Positions 50,401-63,800 of a stretch of 64,000 nt of DNA are shown in pieces. Both the position numbers and the translations under genes were made by a program. Positions within the stretch are counted from its first letter, which is position 1. Each line of letters begins with the position of its first letter. The DNA is taken from NCBI GenBank assembly GCA_021613535.1, contig CP075494.1:14384001-14448000 (forward strand). The letters are read 5' to 3'. The notes beneath the pieces were generated by a model. That model had not been told where the DNA came from. It saw nothing but the letters and a program-made list of their open reading frames with translations, and searched no databases. The stretch is from Adineta vaga (lineage: Eukaryota; Animalia; Rotifera).

Positions 50401-50705
50401 GATCGTCGATTAATTTTGAAAGTTTGGATTCTATAGCTGCACGAGCGCCAGCAGCATCACAAGATATTGTTGATCAGTTAGCGAATGGAACTGAATTTAA
50501 AATTCATCGATTATCAATTACCAAAGATCAATTGATTGAAAATGATGATGACGAAACAACAAATCGATCAGAACGAAACGATACTTTGACAAAAGATTTA
50601 TCTAAACGAACATCAAAAGATGAATCAATGGTTGATTCAGTTTTAAAAACATTTCATCACTATTTTCGAAATATGGACACTGATAAATTACTAAAACGTT
50701 CGTAA
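47423..50705 (+). CDS. Multi-PDZ scaffold, five PDZ domains (exons 47423-47879, 47994-49673, 50020-50705)
   Basis: Five PDZ signatures (LGFKL..ADLAGVQVDD; LGLDF..ADRAGLRNGDRILTVNG; LGFAL..GVRNDDVIL; AGFSI..SPAERAGLQINDILLSING; FGFDI..ERSGLQSRDLLLKVNG). Phase-1 GT-AG junctions checked. Confidence 0.82.
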
Positions 50706-50933
50706 TTTAGTTTTACATTTACACGTAGCTTTAATGACCCATTTCTCTTTTGCATCAATAGAAATTCTTTCATTTTTTGTTTTCTTACAATATCATATTT
50801 GCATGTCAACAATTCATTTTTCTATCTATTGACTAAATATATCCATTTATTGAAAGCATGAATATCATAGATCTTCTTATTAAAAATGAATAGAATAGTT
50901 GTTGAACTATATGCTTTTGTTTTAAATCTACAG

Positions 50934-52489
50934 TTGATTATGATATACCTTCACAACAACCGATAGATTCACAGACACGAAAGTTATTACCATTGACTGT
51001 TCATTTTGATCGAAATCTTTCGGAAGAAATGTCACATATATCAAGATTATATCAGACAGCTTGTTCGAATCGATCAAGTGGTTTATATGATTATATTCGA
51101 GATCCACGTCGATGTGTATTGCAAATCGATCGTACGAAAGGTCTTGGTTTTATTCTCAGTGCCACTGGAGATTATGATCATATCATAACTGCGATAGAAA
51201 AAGTTTGTTAATAGAAGAAATTGTATGAACTTTCGATTGACTTGTTTTGTAATCAATAGAATTCAATTGCTGATCTTGCTGGATTACAAGTCAACGATGA
51301 ATTAATTGAAATCAATGGTATTGACGTACGAAATGTCAAATATGAAGAGGTAAGTTTGAATTTAATCTGAGTAATAGAGAAGAGTTGAATGTTTTATAAT
51401 TCAGGTTATTCAAATGCTATTTAAAGCTATTCAAACACAAGATACAATTGAAATGTGTGTTAATAATAATCATACAAATGAGTTTGATTCAACAACAAAA
51501 GAAATCATACATAATGATAATACTCTCAATATGATTGAAACAACAATACAGGACACAAGTGTTTTGAGTGATGATCTTTCACATAAAATTAATTCCATAC
51601 ATAGTCTTAGATCGCAAACAATCAATACAAATCAGTCGAATTTATATGATAATACAAAATGTTTCAATAATATGATCGATCGTGGTCGAAGTGGAAGTAT
51701 TCCAACATTGAGTACAGGTGAAATCGATATCATATAAGTTTTTCAACTAAAACAATTCAATGTTCTTGATATATATTTATAGGTATTACAGCTTCTCCAA
51801 AAGATTTTCGTTCAAAAAGTATTTCATCGATTTCATCGAAAAGTATGTTTTCATTTGATAGATAAATCGATTTCAATATTAATATTTAAAAGATACGATG
51901 GATCAAATATCGAAAAAAGATGCACCAATTGCACGACTTTGTCGTATTCGAAAATTTCCTTCATCACCTTTCTATGGATTTTTTCTTTGTGGTAATCCAA
52001 AACGACTTGGGTAAGAAGCACAATCATTTCTTTTCCTATTTCTATTTCATAAAATTCATTTCTTCATTCAGTCGAGTTTATGTTTCAAATATCAAAAAGA
52101 ATTCTTCAGCAGCTGTTTGTGGACTACGTAATGGTGATCGTATTATTGAAGTTAATGGTATTAATATTCAATCGTTAACTTATGAAACAATCCTAAATAA
52201 GATCAAATTACATTTGGAACATCGTGATCTTGAATTACTTGTCTTGGATAAAAAATCCTTGCGATGGTATCGCGCTCGAAACTATCCTGTTTCATCACAA
52301 ACATTACCCACTATCGTTCATATTGAACCAATGATTAACAATGTTAATATCGGAGTACAAGAATTGGGTACAAATAGAAAGATTAATAGTTTTATTGGTA
52401 AGATCTTTTATAGATTGTTCTTTTCTGTACATTCAATAGACTTATTTTTCGATTATTTAGAACCTCATGAAGCAACAACTAGTCTTTGA
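50934..52489 (+). CDS. Two further PDZ domains ending in the class I PDZ-binding motif TTSL*; probably alternative 3' exons of the upstream multi-PDZ gene
   Basis: PRRCVLQ...GLGFIL...ADLAGLQVNDELIEING and ARLCRIRKF...YGFFL...AAVCGLRNGDRIIEVNG. The segment begins at a phase-1 acceptor (50934) with no usable ATG just upstream. Confidence 0.72.
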
Positions 52490-52627
52490 ACTGAACTTTC
52501 TATTTCTAATATCTCGTTTTGTTTTTCTTATATCAAAATATTTCTCTTTACTTTTGCATAACACAAATAAATGCTTTGATTTTCTTATTACTTATAGAGT
52601 TTAGGAAAACATAAAAACAAAGGCAAT

Positions 52628-53089
52628 TTACAATGATTCGCATTCAGGTTCATCATCATCATTTGATGATTCATACGTTCGAAATGGATAAGAAATATCA
52701 TCTATCTCTTTCATTTGAAGTTCTTCGTCTTGTTCTTCTTCGACATCACTTGAAAATTCATTCGTATAAATATGAGTTTGTGTTTGATTTGAATGTTTCG
52801 TGGGTAATACATTTGAAATGAGAGATTCATCAGCATTGTCGTCAATGATCGTGACATCGGAGAATAGATTTTCTCGACTAATTGCATATTTGTAGAAAGC
52901 CGATGCAAGAATTGCGCCAAGAAATGAAACGAAGACAATCAATGCACTTACACCGGAACTAAGACAGAAATCGATGATTGCACAGCTAGAATAAATTAAA
53001 GAAAAGAAATGATGCATTATGTAATCAGATACAAAATCTTACGATGATGTCCAAATAAATTCTCCAATAGCAGTTATAATTATATCCAT
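52628..53089 (-). CDS. Small single-pass membrane protein with acidic tail, unknown function (two exons)
   Basis: MDIIITAIGEFIWTSS|CAIIDFCLSSGVSALIVFVSFLGAILASAFYKY...; GT-AG intron ~53042-52987; acidic C-terminus. Confidence 0.6.
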
Positions 53090-54152
53090 AGAATATAGTT
53101 TAATCTAGAATTCATTCCAGAAGAATTGTACTTACGAAGCATGGATAAGATTTAATAGTTAAACTAACAACAGATTGTTCATAGTTCATGTGAACAAACA
53201 ATACTCGATCTTATTCTACTTGTGTCATTGTCGTTTCTTCGTTTTTTTCCCTCTCTCTCTCTCTATTATCGACCGAATAGAAATTCTTCCTGACACTATT
53301 TCAAACTCAATTATGGATACAGAAGAAAACGTTCGTTTTTTCCTCTTATTTCTTCTCGATCGCTGTCTTTTTTTCTCCCCAGATCTTCTTTATTAAGATT
53401 GACTGAACTGTTAACGAGTTATGTTTTCTCGTTGTCCTTCTCCGACTATTGCCTATGTATTTAATGATTATTTCATATGAATCTAAATGCATATAATCGC
53501 TTGATCGATCCGCCAAAAGAAAAACGAACGATTAGCACTGTAACATGATCTTTATATTTGCAACTGCAGTGAGTCAGACGATAGTTTACAAAATAAATAT
53601 ATCCCAAAACTAGTTTCTTCTGTCCCTCGAATTGTTTATTCTTTTCAAAACAATAGATGCCAATCTTCTTTTAACAAAGACATAAATCTATCGATACTCT
53701 ATGTTGATCAAATGTATTGTTCCGAAAAATAATTGGATATCGAAGAGAAAAGGGAGTTTCTACAAATAACAATCGATTGTGAGTTATCACATGTTGTATA
53801 AAGTAGATTTTAATCAAGAATTTGGTTTATATCAATAAAATGAATAACGAAATTTTCATATGTGATTTAGCCCATAGATAAGCATGTACGAGAGTAGGAA
53901 ATTTCTTTTCTGGAAATAACCAGTTAACAAATTAAAATTCTACCATTGAAACCATAAATACGTAGTTTTCTATGATATGTCCTCTGAAGTGAATAAGTAA
54001 CATTACACATTGACAGACGATGAGAAATTTTTCAATTGAATTTATTCAAATATGAAAATAGTTATCAGTAATATATGTATAAAACAAAGATATATTGTAC
54101 AAGTAAAATTGAATGTAATTGTGCATGCTAATAGTTTGTATTTAATTCGTTA

Positions 54153-56458
54153 TCAAGTCATTTTCTTTTTAAATTTTGAAAGAGCTTTGAGAAAACCCGT
54201 TCTAAAAAAGGTACAAAGAAATTTAGAATGATATATCATGATTATTTGTTCTATAAAATCATACTTTGGACGCTTCGCTGTCGATACAATCATAGGTTCC
54301 TATTGAATAACGACAAGATTATCTAAATAAGTATGAGCATAACAACTTACATGTTGATCAGAAGATTGATTCGATGTTTCAAAGTGCGTTGTAGCTACAA
54401 GTATTCATTGCATGTCGTTCAAAACCATTGATAATATTTGTAACTTACGGATAACTGGTAGATTTTGTGTATATTGATTCGGTATTAATATATTTTCATA
54501 TGTGTTCTCTTCCGGTCGAGCAACAGGCATTGATGTTGGTTTCAAATAAACCGAAGTTACATCTATCAAAAGTAAATTTAATATAATAAAAGTAAAATCA
54601 TAATGAAGTTTGTATCTACAAGCATCTGTTGATGGCAATTGTTGATGAGATTGTCGAAATGCATTATGAAGATGTGTTGATTTTGGATTACAAGTATTCT
54701 ACAGGGATTCATTTAGATAGAATTGTATCTGTTATACGAACTTACTTGGTGAATATTTAACATATTCAATGGTATTATATCTTCACAGTATTGACAAGAT
54801 GTTAATTCCAAAAGTGGTAACTGAGCAACCATTCTGCGTATAGAAATGAGATCAAAAATTCTACAATTGAAGTTTTATATACTTAGCAAACCATTGAACA
54901 AGACGTCGAATAGTGCAAACTTCCTAGATATTGATAATGAAAGAAATGTATATGATCAGTGAAAGAAATTCTATACCTTATGTGTATCAAAATCATCATT
55001 ATTTACAGATTGAAGACAGTATTCACATGGTATATAGTAATCACCGGGTGACACTGTTGTTGTTTGGGACGAGATAGGACGTGTATAGTTACTTGAAATA
55101 TTGCCGATATTTTGATAAATCGGTGAATCAATTTGTTTCGCATTCGGATTATCCTGTACAAAACAAGTGATATACATTGATTCACAGAATAACGTAATAT
55201 ACTTTAGAAAAGCAATCTGTATTGTACCGTTGATAAGAATTCGTTGATGATCTACAAGAGTGAAAAGATCAAGGATTAATTCTTTGTAAATTTCATACAT
55301 TCTATTTTTCATATGTTCAGATGCACATTCCATTTGAGACATTCGATTAGAAGACAGTCGTTTCTTCTCAAAACGTAAGTTAAGTAAAGATTCTTGTACA
55401 TCTTTAAAACTCGGTCGTAGATTCGTTTGATTTTGTGTACAATCTAAGATAATATTCCACAAATCATCGGAGCAATTTCTTGGTTGTTCAAGTAATTTTC
55501 CTTTTAATTTCTCTTGATAAACAACATCTGTTGTTTCAAGATTTCCGTACGGTACAGCACCATGTGAGCATGCTTCCCACATAAGTACACCAAACGAATA
55601 AACATCTGACTTTTCGGAATAACTCGTTGCCGATGCGTCAACAAGTAATTCGGGTGCTGCATAACGAACTGGAATCATGTTTAATGTAGATGATGCGGGT
55701 GAATCAATAATTGAAAAAAGTGATCCTGTTCGTGTTAAACCAAAATCTGTTAATTTGACTAAATTTTCCATAGGTTGAGTAGAATTTGATCGAAAAACGA
55801 GTACATTTCGACACGCTAAATCTCCATGAATAATTTGATTATCTGCTAAACAAATCATTGCATCAACAATTTGTCGAAAGATTTCAATTAATACTTCGAA
55901 ACTCGGTTGAAAAGTATTATTACGTAACAATTCACTTAAATCACCTTCGGGTGCATATTCTTGTACTAACATGATGCCATCAGATGTATTACTATCAACA
56001 AGACCATACGTTCGAACGATATGTGGATGACAACTAAGTTGTACATAGAAACTAGCTTCACGTTTTGCTTTAGCTCCATCGATTCGTATTAGAACAATCG
56101 GCGGACCTTGTTTTGATATCCAATTTGCTTCATAGATTGTTTTACTTGGACTTTGAAAGATTGGTCGTTGTTTTGCCTTACAAATATCAATATCAAGACG
56201 AAATCGATATTGTTTTTGTGATGATAATGAAAGAAAATCTTCGACCATTTTCTTTACAATAAAATTCGGTCGTAAAGATTTCAAATCCATTGATTCACGT
56301 GTTATTGGACTTGTAGCATGTTTTCGTATCCATATTGTGATATTTTCACGTTCGTATGTATGTCCGTCAGCACCAATAACAGGATCTCGAAAAAACTCAT
56401 ATGTAATCGGACATTTCAACGAATTAATAAAATCCGATGGATTATCTTCAGTTTCCAT
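54153..56458 (-). CDS. U-box + tyrosine-kinase-like domain protein with C-terminal CxxC...H zinc-finger repeats
   Basis: U-box CPITYEFFRDPVIGADGHTYERENI..WI....TSPITRE.M....LRPN; kinase HPHIVRTYG, HGDLACRNVL, KLTDFGL, PVRYAAPE, SEKSDVYSFGVLMWE; later exons IPCEYC...H and SCQYCE...H. 3' exon structure and end are approximate. Confidence 0.82.
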
Positions 56459-56920
56459 GTATTTCTCACGAATGTATAAAAATATATGTATCTGTATCTA
56501 TATATTACATGCTTATCTTTCTGTATGTGTTCTTTTTTTTGAAAAGAGGAGGAAGAGAAAAAATACGTGCACAAAAAATAAATAATAATGTGAATCATCC
56601 TGCTGGTTTTGGTAAAAAAACATTCTGTTATGATGAATACAGTGAAATAAAGGTAGATGGCGTCAATATTAACTCAGTTGCGATTGTAGAGTTATTGAAA
56701 CATTTTCTAAATATTTATTCACAATTTATTATCGTGAAACAGGTGATTGATAAATGGTTTTATCTTTGAAAAAAACTGAGAATGATAATGTATAATTTTT
56801 TTTTATTGTTGAAAATATTCAAGTAACAACACTCCGAATAAATTGAATTCTAATGTCATGAAATTTATATCTAATTAGATTTGATTTATAAAAAATGAAC
56901 TATAAACATTTTTAAAAAGA

Positions 56921-59213
56921 TTAGTCGTCGTTATCGTCAACATCATCATCACATTCTTCTTCACCATCTTCTTCTTGTATTGATTGAACTTGTTTTTCAT
57001 TTGAACCTTCTGCATTTTTATTTGCTTTTAGTTCATAGATTTCTATAAAAAAAATTATCTAGGTATTTTTTGATAAAAATATACTTACTGTAGCTCATGA
57101 AATTGGATTTGATTATTGTTGACCAGTCAGCTGTGCGTGGTTCACCAGCGGTACCAAGCACAATTGCAATTTGGAATTCTTCTGACTCAGCGTCAGTAAC
57201 TGTTGTATCATCACTCGCTGAAAAGATGAATAAAATAACTCTGATTGTTGCCTAATACATAAATATATTTACAATCTTGTGGCTTTTCATCCACTGTTCG
57301 TTCATTCAAGTTGAAGTTTTCATTAAATTCAACGGTGCATTGTCGAGCGAGATCACTACAAACCTGAATTAAAGCTAATTTTAATCTAAAATTGATGTAA
57401 TTAGATAAAATGTATCGATAAATATTATAAACTTCTTACGTGTAATGGCCATCTGGAGAGACGTTCTTTTTTGCGCTGCTCAATTCCAATACGAATGGAT
57501 TTTCTAGGGGTACCTTACGATTCTTTTTATCCATAAGAAATCCTTTCAATGCATCAATATAAAGACAATTATTACGACGTTTTACTGCAGCAATATAGAC
57601 CATTACAGTTTTTCCAGCTTTGATTAAATCATGGTAACGTTGTGGTAACTAAATCATAGATTTCATAACACAATTTGATAACGACTGTCTTCATAAAATT
57701 AATTACAACACTACAACGTACCTAGTTATAAGACTATATTCATAGAATCCTAATAAAATGATTTGACCCTCAAAACATAATGATCACTAACTCAGTTAAA
57801 CAACACTGTTATATGATCGATATACTATACTCAACTATAACTTTTTGAATATAAATCGACACTTCGAAGATAGCTCTGAATTTGTAAGAACTTACTTGTA
57901 CTTTAGGATATGAAATACGTTTACATCCAGGTTTGGTATTAACACTTTGTAGATGGAAAGCATATTTCCTGGTTGTTGTATTCACTTTTGGTTTGCATTT
58001 TTTATTAGTTTTTGTCTTTTTCTTTGGTTTGCCTTTTTTTATTGATTTTTGCCTTTTTGTTTTTGATTTGGAATGATAATTCCATACTGCCTTGTTGCTT
58101 AATTTTGTTCTTCTTCGGCCTAAATATGATATAAAAGTGCACAATAGTATATTGTATTTCTCTCTTACTTATTTAGTGGAAAGATATCAGTTCGATATTG
58201 TTTCTTTTGTTTTGATCGAAAATTATCGATAAACTTACGGTCATCATCGTTGCGTGATGCTGAATGAAAAAAGTTTATCGATAAAACACTAAGTGAACTG
58301 AAAAGATATTATTATTGTGATATTACTAGTCGCTGTATTGTCCGATTCAGTAAGGTTTTTAAGAAACTCTTCTACATTAAAATCTGTTGTATGCAATGCA
58401 TCTGAATCTAAAATAGAAGAAAAAATAAAATTATCACTTAAGATTTCAGCATTTTAGGATCAAACTCATTCTCACATGACCTATATGGAGGTGTTTACGG
58501 TGGGAACGTATGTAGAAAATAGGAAGCGTAAATCCTTATATGTACATTCATACTAACATCTTCGTTTTTACAATAGTGGAAAAGTACAAGAAGGTAGTCC
58601 GTTTAAAACGTTACCGTTTGGATCTAATGGATTAAAAGCTTGTGAAGATGAATTCATTGCTCCAAATACCATATTTTCCGAATTGAGTTCTATAATAGAA
58701 TCACAAATCAAAAGATAAGTCAAACAAAAATCATCTCACCATTATTTCTCGATTGAAAATGATCTTCTATACAGACAGCTTCAGTATTGGCCATCATTCG
58801 CTGTTCATTTGTTATGAGAGTACCATCCGTAAGGAATCCATTATTTGTACCTAATAAAATAGGACACAATTCTCTACTAATATCAGATGAACATAACTTG
58901 TTGTATTACGATTACAAAGCCATAAATGCAAAGGTACTGGTTGTATCCCACAATTATCATTGAGGTTGTATGGATCCAAAGTTTGTTGAAGCATTTGATT
59001 AATCTCATAAAGACGTTGGTCACTAATTGGTTGCGATGCATACGGTCCATCACATAAACAGTCGGAAAGATCAGTGCGAAGATCTGGATATCTCTCGAAA
59101 ATTCGTTGCCACACGTAATCAAATAAATCCGATACACTATAAACGCTTAAATATGGAACATTGACTAATTCTATTTCTTCATTATAATGAATGATGATCG
59201 TTCGTTCCGCCAT
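56921..59213 (-). CDS. Multi-exon protein of unknown function with a basic NLS-like region, possible Rel-homology-like domain and acidic tail
   Basis: A chain of short GT-AG-bounded exons from MAERTIIIHY (59213) through KKGKPKKKTK, KRISYPKVQ|LPQRY, ADWSTIIKSNFM to ...DDDVDDNDD* (56921). Internal boundaries approximate. Confidence 0.55.
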
Positions 59214-59271
59214 TACTCTCGATTAAATGAAACGAATAATCAAAATTGCTCGTGCCTTTTATAACAATATC

Positions 59272-59486
59272 TTTTCTCGGTTTCCTCCGTGAATTTATTT
59301 CTTAGAAATAATAATACAGTGCATGATTCATAGTTAACGATCGTATACGAAAGAAAAAGCGAAGCATCATTCTGTTATTTTACTCATAGTAATATATAAA
59401 ATAGTCGTTTTATTGAAAAACAAATAGCTGTATTTTTGTCGTTCTGTTTTTTAAAACCGAGAAAAAAACCGAGAAAAAAACCGAGA
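59272..59486. promoter_or_regulatory. Putative bidirectional promoter with a repeated AAACCGAGA motif
   Basis: Three tandem 12-bp-spaced copies on + (CCGAG at 59457, 59469, 59481) and one inverted copy (TTTTCTCGGTTT, 59272-59283) between divergent ATGs at 59213 and 59595. Confidence 0.5.
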
Positions 59487-59594
59487 TTGTGCATGTAAGC
59501 ACATGGGGATGCATCAGAATATTTTAATGTCCGTTTTGCAAAGTATTACTTCAATCTTTTTCCTTTTGCTATAACCATTCTTGCACAATTTGCA

Positions 59595-60801
59595 ATGTCT
59601 CTTATTCTTAATTTCAATGATCGAACAGAAACAGTTGACTTTCCAGCTGCATTTGATGATTACTGTTGTTTGTTTGATGAAATTTGTAAAATTATTACAG
59701 AAATATTTAATTTAACTGATTTACAATGTGATTATCTTTTGGTATATTATGATCCTTTATATAATTTATGGATTAATTTAAATATTCACGTAACAAAACG
59801 TATTACTAATCTTATACGTCAATCGTCATCTAGAACATTGAAAATACGTATTGAACGTCGTCGAAAAAATCATGCCACCACTGCTATAGAAACCAATACC
59901 ATTGACAATGAATTGAACAAGCGTATATATGAGAACAGTAAAATAAATGTTCTATGAATTTAAAACTTGAATTCATATCAATACTTTTATTTATCTAGGA
60001 TGTGCACATATAACTATCTGGTTAGATGAACATATTGGTAGTAATCATTGGCATAAAAAACTTAAACGAGACTGTCGAGCTATGATAAATACAAATACTA
60101 ATTTTATCATAGACGATGATATTGATACTTTAATTCAGTATAACAGTCGTATAAATCATTCAGAATCCAAATGGCCATCTAATTTTCAATATCCTATTAC
60201 AAATTGTTCATGTCCATTTCAATGTGACCTACTCACCGTAGATAATACCGATACATTTTTTTCGTATCTTCAAGTGACTTCAAAACTAGCACGTTCTATG
60301 TCGATCATTATTTCAATGCATTTTGCTAAAGAAACCTTACCAATTATATTGTCTTGGCAACAAAAACAACTACTTCCAAATGTACTACTTCTATATGTTC
60401 TTTCTTCAAATTTACTAAATGATTACGATTGGGCAGTAGGTTATGTTCGAAGTGATCGTATTTCGAATAAAACAAGTTTACTTTTCTTTCAAGATGAAAA
60501 AGAATTATTCGTTCGTTTAATTAATGATATTAGTCGTCATTTAACTTTAGAAGCAGATACAAAGCGAGAGAAAAAAGATCCATGGTATGCTTTACAATAT
60601 TATCTAGCTGCTCGACAACTTTTCCTCAATTCGACACCATGGAATCGTTGTTATAGTTTTAAAGAATACGATCATCTCAATCAACTTATTAATGAATCTG
60701 AACAAGAAACCACTGCATGTTTAATCAAAACATTTTATTTATCTAACGAATCTGACGATCATATTCCACAACAATGCATTGAAATATTCGAAGGAATATA
60801 A
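59595..60801 (+). CDS. Protein of unknown function (exons 59595-59937, 59999-60801)
   Basis: Intron 59938-59998 joins ORFs 59595..59957 and 60082..60801 in frame (...YEN R|CAHITIWLDEHIG...). Confidence 0.7.
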
Positions 60802-63800
60802 CATAGTTCAATTTTTCGAATGTATGAATATCTCTTGCCAATTTACAGTAACCGATATATGCTTTTCGTATAGAATTATCCTAAATAAAATACAGACATT
60901 GTATTCTACCACTAAATTTCTTTAATATTTGAAGAAAATGGTAGATACTTGACTTGATCTAAATATCAAATTCATTTATAATGATTATGAACACGCTAAG
61001 ATTTATATGCAGAATTAATAAGTAACCTAATAGTAGCTTTTTTTCTCTCTACATAGATTGTGATATTGTTAGAGAAATATTTCAGTCAAATATTAACGAG
61101 AATGATTATTTTAAGAAAAACATATTAGTCCATCTAGCAACAATGGTGGATAGTAGAGAGAAGTTTTGATCATGCTATGATTTGGAAATTATTTATTCAT
61201 GATTAAATTTCTTCGTTTCAAATACATTCAATTGATTTTAGTTCTCAGCTTTGTTTTCTTGCACGTTCGAATATTCTGTTTAATAACAAAATAACTATTT
61301 ACTGACATTCATTTTCTTTCCAGACTTCTTCTTTTTTTTTGTTGTTGCTAATTACACTGTCAACTGAAAGAAAGGGTATATATATATATACATAATCTCT
61401 TATATAAAGATGTATTATCAATAGACTGATGATTTCTCACGTTCTTCTCCTATCATTGTCATTTTGTTGATGAGTTTTTCTTATGGTTGATATCATACGC
61501 GTTTTTCTTTGTTTCTATCATTAAAGAAACATAAAGCATTTCCAACATTTTTTCCTGCTCTTATTTCTTAACTTAGAGAAGATTCGATGATACAATAATG
61601 ATATGTCTATAAGCATAGAGCTGCAGCTGTTTTTTCCTATCTTATTGATATATGACGATAGAAAAGACTACTAGCTGTAGTAAATGATAGTTGGCCCTGA
61701 AGCTCGTTTGTCAATCTTCAAGTCTTTATGTCAACATGATCGTGTCGTAAATATCTACATGTAGGTCCTAACCTAGTTTGCTCGTTTTCTATTTCGATAG
61801 CTATTCATCTTCGTCAATAGAGTCGACGTGATACACTCATCAATGAATAATATCCTTAGTGTTGATTATATATAATCATTTCTCGTTTCATCAATGGATT
61901 TTGTAGAAAAAGAATTCTCTTACATGTACTTCATTCTTTCTCTCATCTCGATCTTTTGAATAAAATCAACAGAATTGAAAGTAAACATGTTCTCTTTTTT
62001 TCTTCATGTAAAATTCATCATTATGTCACTAAAAAATATGCATGGAACATACAAAAGAGGTAAATGTATGACATTTTACGTAAGACTTTGTATTTTTTAA
62101 TGATTTGACTATAGTCATCAAGGAATTGATTTGTAAAAAGTCATATATCGTTTTTGAAGAGTGTTTTATCTGAAATGACATTAGAAAAATAACGTGAAAA
62201 TTTCGATACCTTATGAAATGAATTTTTTCCTGTTCTTTTTCATCGTTATTCTTTCGATGTCTCCCTCCGCCTCTCCTTCTCTCTCTCTCTCGTTCTCTCT
62301 CTTCATTCTTCTTTATTTTTAGTCGTTTTCTTTCCAATAATGATATCATGCCCTCGTCATACGTCTGTCTTTCTATTATTTTCATAGTTTCTTGAGGAGT
62401 ACTCATGACATCGAACTTATTGATTCTTCACAAAATCGCATCGATCGATCAGTTGTTATTCTATAAAACAAATGTTAACAGTCTATCTAGTGATAAATCA
62501 TAAACTATCCTTTTTATTCGACAAATACATAGCCATTCGTATATTTTCGTTCTTTGTAAAGAATATTACTAATATCTTAATCTCTTTCATCATTCTTCTG
62601 TTGTTTTAGTCGGTGCGTGTGTTTTTTAATTTAATCACAAACAGACGAAATACAACGTATGCTAGCGTTAACCTTCATAGTTGATAATAGTAAACGGAGT
62701 AAGCAAAAAACCAGCGGTAGAGTGCTGGATGGTGCAATGACAATGTAATAGAATGCAAGCTGTTTGTACTTGGAAAAAGATGCAGTAACAACAGCAACAT
62801 TGAGGAAGGAGAGAACGTGAAAGAACTTTTTTTCTTTCTTTCTTTCTGTTGCATCGAGTCTCTTTTGTTCTGTTCGTGGAACGAATGGATCTGAATGTAT
62901 TTCTCTTTCTCTCGATCGTATACACGCCATCGTTGTTGTTATGTGATGGCAGTGGCTCATTCATTCTCGTTTACAGGGCAATGCCTGCTGTGTAAGCGCG
63001 CGCTTACGCGCTTCTCCTGTTGAGTAAGTTGTTGTATTTCTTTTCCTTCGTTCTGTCGTTTTTGCGTTTTTTTCTTTTCTTCGTTTTTTTTACTATTTGC
63101 GTTACAAACTACCATGTATGAGAATGTGTGTATACGTAGTTGCAATAGCAGTATTAACCCGTTTTTGTTACAGAGCGCCCACTCAACAGCAACGACGAGA
63201 AGAAAACGTATATAATGCACGTAAGAATACGTACGAAGAAACGACAGTCGATTCGATAACTACTGTGCGATTGGATCTTTATCACAACGTCAGTAGCAGC
63301 AACAGCAAGAACAACAACAACAACAACTATATTTCAACAAGTAATACAAGAAGATTTAAATTCTATACGTATGTATATGTATATATGAATTAAACAATTG
63401 AATCGTAGGGAAAGAAGATTTTTGCAATCACGTTTATTACATTATTGACTTTCTATATGATACCATAGCAGGAAAAAAAAGGTTATCATCATCATCAACT
63501 GAACAAGCAGCATGTCTTAACTCTATACTATTGTAAAGGTTAACTCTGATCTGTTACGGCATACCATTGATTCATTTATTGATCGAAAGTCAATCACAAT
63601 ACATATATACAGAGATATATGGATATACGACGCACTCATCTCAATTACATTGCTCTCTATTATCCTATACTTAACGAAATATAATCACATGATAATATTT
63701 CGTTCTTTTGTAGATCCTTTTTTCTTCGTTTTTTTTCTTCATCTATCGTTAACTTTCATTTACCTGATGGTCGTGATGATGATAGACCGATAAAACGACC

